Shown here: piece after piece, positions 45,435 to 50,283 of the stretch
How the letters are laid out: each line of letters begins with the position of its first letter
Position numbering within the stretch: position 1 is the first letter of the stretch
IMG/VR virus record: IMGVR_UViG_3300033434_000004
Location: 1-50,283 of that record
Origin: a virus
Taxonomy: Duplodnaviria > Caudoviricetes
Reading direction: 5' to 3' (one strand)
Length of the DNA: 50,283 bases
The notes under the pieces: model-generated
Database searches by the model: none
The model's input: the letters and a program-made list of their open reading frames with translations, nothing else
Told to the model about the DNA's origin: nothing
Made by a program: the position numbers and the translations under genes

Positions 45435-46547
45435 ATGAAATTTGAAATAGATGTTAAGAAATTAAAGGGACTTCTGAAAGCTGTCGGTCATGCAATACCT
45501 AAGTCTTATTCTATGCCTATTCTGAACTGCGTGGCCCTTTCCGTGGTAGGCGGGAAACTTACCGCTATTACTACCAACATGGAGCTTACTATCAAGCATA
45601 CAGCAGACGTCATATTAGGTAGTGATGGTGAATGTGTAGTAGACTATAAACTGATTACCACAGCCCTAAAAGCCGTAAAGGAAGGAATAGTAGCCGTAGA
45701 CGCGTCCAGAGTAGAAGGTATGCGGCTGGCCTTTGGCGACAGTAGTATGCTGCTAAGTGTTAACCTCTTCGCTGACTTCCCTATAAGTGTAGCAGAATAC
45801 GTCCCGGTACAGATATTCACCATAGACAACCTTCCAAGGGTACTTAAAACAGTAATTCCATTTGCGCAGGCTAGTGCGGAGCGGCCTACACTAGAAGATG
45901 TTAAGTTCAAACTTATACCGGGACAAAGAGCAGACATAGCTGCTACAAACAGCTACCACCTACTTCTTGCTAAAACTTCACATAACGCCCCAGCTCCCCT
46001 AGAGTTTCACGTATCAGCGAGGTACTTAAAAGCTGTAAGTGGTAATATGGTTATTATAGCCAAGAAGCACGTAATTTTTAATGACGGTATGACGCAGACT
46101 ATTTGCAGGCTCAATGATCTTCCTTATCCTAATCTTGAAAAGGCTATCCCTCAAGAAACTAGTACACAGTTTACTTTCAACAAACAGGAACTTCTGAATT
46201 TGCTGTCCGTGGCACAGGCTGGGATAAAAGCCGAGAGGTTACAGCAGGAAGCGCGGGGAATACGAAAACCTAAAGGCGGCTACGAAGATCCTTACATAAG
46301 GCTGTATACGGATGGTGAGTATCTTCATGTAGGCAACGTAGGTAAGATCCCGTGTACCGTAGATGGTAATCCGGTGAACGCTGGCTACAGCATAGAGTAC
46401 TTAACCGCCGGTTTAAACCAGTTCAATGCCTGTGACATGATAACGATTAGGTATAACACACACTTATCACCTTGTTTAATTAACTCTGATGATCTACTAT
46501 ACGTACTTACACCCGTCCGATTGACACCCGAAGAAAGATGTGAATAG
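45435..46547 (+). CDS. Divergent DNA polymerase III beta-clamp homologue (start reassigned to MKFEID)
   Basis: AIP.....PIL..V...TNMELTI; ATNSYHL; RL....YPN...IP; SPCLI......YVLTPVRL; about 370 aa; AAGGAG RBS. Confidence 0.8.
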   Translation: MKFEIDVKKLKGLLKAVGHAIPKSYSMPILNCVALSVVGGKLTAITTNMELTIKHTADVILGSDGECVVDYKLITTALKAVKEGIVAVDASRVEGMRLAFGDSSMLLSVNLFADFPISVAEYVPVQIFTIDNLPRVLKTVIPFAQASAERPTLEDVKFKLIPGQRADIAATNSYHLLLAKTSHNAPAPLEFHVSARYLKAVSGNMVIIAKKHVIFNDGMTQTICRLNDLPYPNLEKAIPQETSTQFTFNKQELLNLLSVAQAGIKAERLQQEARGIRKPKGGYEDPYIRLYTDGEYLHVGNVGKIPCTVDGNPVNAGYSIEYLTAGLNQFNACDMITIRYNTHLSPCLINSDDLLYVLTPVRLTPEERCE

Positions 46548-46586
46548 CAAAAACCCCGGAGATTAGCTCTCCGGGGTTTTTGCTAT
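46544..46586. terminator. Bidirectional terminator between convergent operons
   Basis: ATAGCAAAAACCCCGGAGA/TCTCCGGGGTTTTTGCTAT 19-bp stem. Confidence 0.9.
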
Positions 46587-46589
46587 ATA

Positions 46590-46862
46590 TTAGGCTTTAT
46601 TTGTTTTCTCTTCATAACTACGATAGTCGTCAGCGTCATCGGCGGCGTAGTCAATACCAACGTATATCTCAGTATTAGGCTTTTTTCGTTCTGCTTCCAG
46701 TTCTGCTAATAGTTCTGCGGGATCTCGCCCAGCGTCCGGTCCCTCCCCATAGTCTATAGCGCACCGTTTTGAATTAGGTATTAGATACATACATCCGTCA
46801 CCAGATATAGAGCAATTATAACGTCCTTCATCAGGTTCATACTTCGCGCATTTACAGCTCAT
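46590..46862 (-). CDS. Hypothetical protein
   Basis: GGAGG RBS; overlap coupling. Confidence 0.7.
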   Translation of the reverse strand: MSCKCAKYEPDEGRYNCSISGDGCMYLIPNSKRCAIDYGEGPDAGRDPAELLAELEAERKKPNTEIYVGIDYAADDADDYRSYEEKTNKA

Positions 46863-47107
46863 AGAGTTTTCCCTCCTTCCTTGTACTCAACAACCACAGG
46901 CACGTTCCATACCTCTACTAATACATGTTCACGGAATTCCTTGCCGTTATCTGAACTAAGGCAGCGGTAGCCTATCTGCGTGGAGTCGGGATACTCCACG
47001 CTACAATCAACAATACTTTTAATCACCAAACCGTTAACGTAGTCCCCCAGGCTGTAAGTGTTGGCTCCTTGTCCGGCAATGATTGTGATATTACTTATTT
47101 CTCTCAT
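46859..47107 (-). CDS. Hypothetical protein
   Basis: AGGGG RBS; operon context. Confidence 0.7.
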   Translation of the reverse strand: MREISNITIIAGQGANTYSLGDYVNGLVIKSIVDCSVEYPDSTQIGYRCLSSDNGKEFREHVLVEVWNVPVVVEYKEGGKTL

Positions 47108-47120
47108 AATTATAACCCCT

Positions 47121-47354
47121 TTACAAACAATTTTTAACGCGTTCCCATAAGGTTATTTTTTCTGTTTTCTTTAATATTTGATATATAGCCACTGTGTTAA
47201 TTTGTGACGCCGGTAAAGGATCAACTACGTACCAATCGTCACCTAAAAAATGCCTAATTAGTATGTCAATACCTTCTTGTGCATCTGTTGGTTTCGGGAA
47301 TAAATTATCTCCGTCGTCTTTGCTTTCAGCAAATTCTTTTGATGTTACGGCCAT
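47121..47354 (-). CDS. Hypothetical protein
   Basis: AAGGAG RBS. Confidence 0.7.
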   Translation of the reverse strand: MAVTSKEFAESKDDGDNLFPKPTDAQEGIDILIRHFLGDDWYVVDPLPASQINTVAIYQILKKTEKITLWERVKNCL

Positions 47355-47512
47355 AATTAGTCACTCCTTTGACTATAAATTTACAGTCTATTTTTCCTGC
47401 TTCGGCCTAGGTCATAGCCTATCCAGCAGGCTGTAGCGCAGGATAGTAGCCAGCCAATAGAAATCATTATACCATTTAAAAGCCCATCAGTGTACGTCAT
47501 AGTGTCCCTCCT

Positions 47513-47800
47513 TTAGATACCTTCACCCGATTTGATAACGTCCTGTAGCGTACGCAGAGCAGTCAACACCTTAAAGTTATGGTTACCTAGGTCCTGTTGT
47601 CGATTAGCTGCAGCATTTTTAAGCGGATGTACATAGCTGCTTTGTTCTCTCACCATTCTTAGTGCTTGTTCAAAATCAGCATCAGTTAACTTTAAAACGC
47701 TTTTACACACCCTGTTTATTCCTGTTATTCCGTTTCTTTCTTTAGTCATTTTCCTTGGCCCCCTTCTGATTAAGATAATCCTTCGATATCCATTTACCAT
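47513..47800 (-). CDS. Hypothetical protein (true start probably MTKER)
   Basis: Operon context. Confidence 0.6.
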   Translation of the reverse strand: MVNGYRRIILIRRGPRKMTKERNGITGINRVCKSVLKLTDADFEQALRMVREQSSYVHPLKNAAANRQQDLGNHNFKVLTALRTLQDVIKSGEGI

Positions 47801-47957
47801 TAATAATCTTGCCGATGCTCAATCCGTCGCATAATGGGCAAACCTGCACGTGTACCGTGCCACCCCTATCATTTCCTTCTTGGTCGCTGTTTGTACCTAC
47901 GATAACTTTTGGCTCTGCAAAAACACTCTTGCACCATCGGCAATACCAGTCCCCCAT
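47742..47957 (-). CDS. Small zinc-ribbon protein
   Basis: CRWC...CPLC; TAATG coupling. Confidence 0.65.
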   Translation of the reverse strand: MGDWYCRWCKSVFAEPKVIVGTNSDQEGNDRGGTVHVQVCPLCDGLSIGKIINGKWISKDYLNQKGAKEND

Positions 47958-48610
47958 TACTCCGCACCTCCCCGATACTTTGCTAAGGCATCCCTAGCTA
48001 TTTTCCCGTTGTCTGTAATCATTGATGGAACACTTCTAAACTGATCTTTATCCGCATAATACTCCAGCGCATCAACCAACCCCCGCACCCGCTCCCCGGC
48101 CTCTGTTGGCGTGATGGAGAGGGCCTTGTGCTGATATTCCATAATAATCTTGACTTTATTGCTGTCAGATTCGGGAGACACACATAGCATTCCAATACGT
48201 TTTAACGCCCCCCGCACCACATCATAAGCGGCTTGCAGGTCAGTATATACCTTCTGGCAACCGATAATAGTTTCTTTTTGGTCATTAATACATTTTTCCA
48301 GCAGCTTGGTATCCCTGTTTAACTTGGCTTGCAGGTTGTCGCGGTCTTGTGCAATAAGTTTTTTGTTTACTCCCTCAGATAGTAACAATGTCTTAGTTGC
48401 GCTTAGTTCTTCTTCTAGTTCGGAAATTTCTTTCTCTGCCGCCTCCAAATTTGCGCGAAGGTCGGCTAATTGTTGTTTAAGTTTTGTAATGCATTTTTCA
48501 CCATCTATTGCGTATGTGGCAACATCTTTTACAGTATCCCCGCAATGGCAATGTAGTGTCCCATTATCCATTAAAACCCACATGTGTCTATGTTTACTCA
48601 CCCGCGCCAC
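47957..48610 (-). CDS. Coiled-coil phage protein
   Basis: Heptad repeats; ALEYYAD...ARDAL motif common in phage accessory proteins. Confidence 0.7.
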   Translation of the reverse strand: MARVSKHRHMWVLMDNGTLHCHCGDTVKDVATYAIDGEKCITKLKQQLADLRANLEAAEKEISELEEELSATKTLLLSEGVNKKLIAQDRDNLQAKLNRDTKLLEKCINDQKETIIGCQKVYTDLQAAYDVVRGALKRIGMLCVSPESDSNKVKIIMEYQHKALSITPTEAGERVRGLVDALEYYADKDQFRSVPSMITDNGKIARDALAKYRGGAE

Positions 48611-48761
48611 CGTCCTTCATCTCTTTTAAATGTCGTTCATAGCATTTCCTTGCTGTGTTGTCACGAAAAGGTATACCTTGCATAAATCGCTTGCACTGAT
48701 TATTCCAGTCATTACTTGCTACATTTCTTACTTTCTTTTCAAACTCGGTTAATTTGGCCAT
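48594..48761 (-). CDS. 55-aa hypothetical (not in ORF track)
   Basis: MAKLTEFEKKVRNVASNDWNNQCKRF...; GGGGAG RBS. Confidence 0.6.
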   Translation of the reverse strand: MAKLTEFEKKVRNVASNDWNNQCKRFMQGIPFRDNTARKCYERHLKEMKDGGAGE

Positions 48762-49241
48762 TTACTCCCCACCCTTCCCCGCACGAAGTCTGTCAATTTC
48801 TGCTGCGATAAGAGCACCGGCTTTGGTAAGTTCGCGAATGCGGTTATCCGGTGTTGGCTTCCACCATGTTAGCCCCCACGGCCAAAATTTATTTATTACG
48901 TCACTTTTAACCTTACTAATCGCACCACTAATCCATGACCTTTTATTATCTGGTATGGCATAACACGCTGCCGCCAATGCCAATTCGCCATTTTCATGCT
49001 GTTTGTCGTGTTCTGATGTCCATCCCTCTTTCTCAATCTGTCGTTGGCGTTCATCGGCAATTAGCTTTACTCCTTCACTTTTCGCATCAGCCGCTAGGGA
49101 TTCGATTAAGGCGGCGATTTTATCCATATCAATAAATTTTAACTCGCTGTTATCCCCAGTCCATGCTTGCCGCAGTAAGTTTATCGCCTGTTCAGGCGTT
49201 AGTTTAGCGTCCATTATCGGCCTCCTTATCCATCGTAACAT
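48762..49241 (-). CDS. Conserved phage protein (true start probably MDAKL)
   Basis: ERQRQI.KEGW..EHD....GELALAAACYA...WPW...WWKP...REL.KAGALIAAEIDRL. Confidence 0.8.
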   Translation of the reverse strand: MLRWIRRPIMDAKLTPEQAINLLRQAWTGDNSELKFIDMDKIAALIESLAADAKSEGVKLIADERQRQIEKEGWTSEHDKQHENGELALAAACYAIPDNKRSWISGAISKVKSDVINKFWPWGLTWWKPTPDNRIRELTKAGALIAAEIDRLRAGKGGE

Positions 49242-49990
49242 TCACAAGGAACATCTGCTTCGTACCATGTTTCGCAAAACATACTTCCCTGTGAATCCTG
49301 ATATTTAACGTAATTAGCCCATAAATAACTTCTACCTAATCCCTTAACTGTTAGCAGTTCAGCATTACTTTCTATAGCTAAGGCTCGTTCTAATAGGTCT
49401 GGATATTCCTTACTCAATGCCATGATTTCATGTTTCTTCATGCTCGGACAGAAAAAGCACGATGATTTTCCTGGTTGTGGCAATCCAGCTTTTTTTATTA
49501 CTTCAATACAACCATTACGATCAATATCCCATTCAATCAACGGGAACCGATATTTATATTTTTTATCTCGATTTTTACCGATTGCTCTGTTTGTTTCTCC
49601 AGCATCATACCCTACAAGTTTTACAACGTCTTTGCCTTTTTTCCATGCGTTTTTTGCTAGATCCCAGTTGTTCACGTATTTGTCTTGTGGCTGGATTTTA
49701 AATCTCTGAGAGCATGTTTTCCATCCATATGCCAAAGCTGGTAATGCATTACGCCGCAAACAATCTTGTTCTAGAGTAACATTAGGAGCTTTGACCCAAA
49801 CAATTGCAGGGTATCCATGAGCAACGAGCCAAGCACTAAACATTTTTACATACTCATATGTCTCAGGACGTTCCCCACCAGTATCAGCAAATAGTATTAA
49901 ATCAACTTTTACCTTGCGATTAACACACTCTATCAATTCGGCAGTACTATTAGTCCCACCACCATAAGAAGCTATTGTTATTCCCATCAT
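49226..49990 (-). CDS. PAPS-reductase-family PP-loop protein
   Basis: SYGGGTNS PP-loop, FADTGGE.PETY, KSSCFFCP. Confidence 0.85.
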   Translation of the reverse strand: MMGITIASYGGGTNSTAELIECVNRKVKVDLILFADTGGERPETYEYVKMFSAWLVAHGYPAIVWVKAPNVTLEQDCLRRNALPALAYGWKTCSQRFKIQPQDKYVNNWDLAKNAWKKGKDVVKLVGYDAGETNRAIGKNRDKKYKYRFPLIEWDIDRNGCIEVIKKAGLPQPGKSSCFFCPSMKKHEIMALSKEYPDLLERALAIESNAELLTVKGLGRSYLWANYVKYQDSQGSMFCETWYEADVPCECYDG

Positions 49991-50283
49991 TCACCCTCCT
50001 TCGGACATCTTAGCCGCATCATAGGCGGACTATCTTCTGCTATCCCGCACTCCCTGTTTTCTTTGTCATAATCGCCGCATACTTCGCAATGTTTTTCAAT
50101 AAGCCGTTCGCGCAAGTATTCGCATATCTCGTCCCACATTTCGTAATCGTTGCCCATATCTGCCGAGTACTCGTTATATAAATTGTTGCAATTATGACAA
50201 ACATATTGAGATACTAAATCGCCGTCATATTTACCTGATTGATAAATGCAGCTACTACCTTTTGGTATTTTAATTGAGCAGCA
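49987..50283 (-). CDS. Cys-rich protein, 5'-truncated by window edge
   Basis: Open frame CCSIKIPKG...VCHNC...CPKEGE* overlapping the next ATG. Confidence 0.6.
   Translation of the reverse strand, partial: CCSIKIPKGSSCIYQSGKYDGDLVSQYVCHNCNNLYNEYSADMGNDYEMWDEICEYLRERLIEKHCEVCGDYDKENRECGIAEDSPPMMRLRCPKEGE

Larger units (their letters stand above)
77..50283. mobile_element. Integrated temperate phage (podovirus-like morphogenesis module), extends beyond right edge of window
   Basis: att core at tRNA 3' fragment; terminase, portal, capsid, ejection, lysis and regulatory genes in phage-typical order. Confidence 0.95.

Noticed and set aside
1-50283. CRISPR array, diversity-generating retroelement, hammerhead ribozyme, IS element
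   Set aside because: No regularly spaced repeat-spacer array, reverse transcriptase, intergenic CUGAUGA/GAAA core or transposase seen by eye.

Overview
Nearly the whole window is one end of an integrated temperate phage that continues past the right edge. The host is probably a diderm Firmicute (Negativicutes-like); this is inferred from gene content, spanin-like genes and RBS style. At the left end is the duplicated 3' half of a tRNA-Lys(CTT) gene (att core, 77-127) with integrase arm-type repeats. On the minus strand follow Rha and excisionase-like regulators, a lysis region, tail proteins, a 3753-aa virion-associated polyvalent protein (SLT, adenine MTase, strawberry-notch helicase, MuF-C-like domains), podovirus-type ejection/nozzle/adaptor genes, an N4-gp56-type capsid, scaffold, P22-like portal, terminases and a RinA-like activator. 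After these come a divergent early/accessory island (DUF4121, RadC/JAB, beta-clamp homologue) and small minus-strand genes including a PAPS-reductase-family protein. No integrase, repressor or replication gene is visible here. The most striking unannotated signals are: (1) an antisense sigmaA promoter, structured RNA and terminator written into the end of the MuF-C-like domain; (2) an in-frame TAA in the terminase Walker A that a Gly-to-Gly stop-hop would repair exactly; (3) a nested RBS-equipped gene inside the polyvalent protein linker; (4) two twister-ribozyme-like RNAs; (5) a 17-bp operator dispersed over about 13 sites; (6) a duplicated AT-rich element paired with HTH genes; (7) a stand-alone NrdD glycyl-radical-tail protein; (8) an unlisted Com-like gene followed by an RBS-sequestering hairpin. 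All family assignments come from motif recognition by eye, not database searches.
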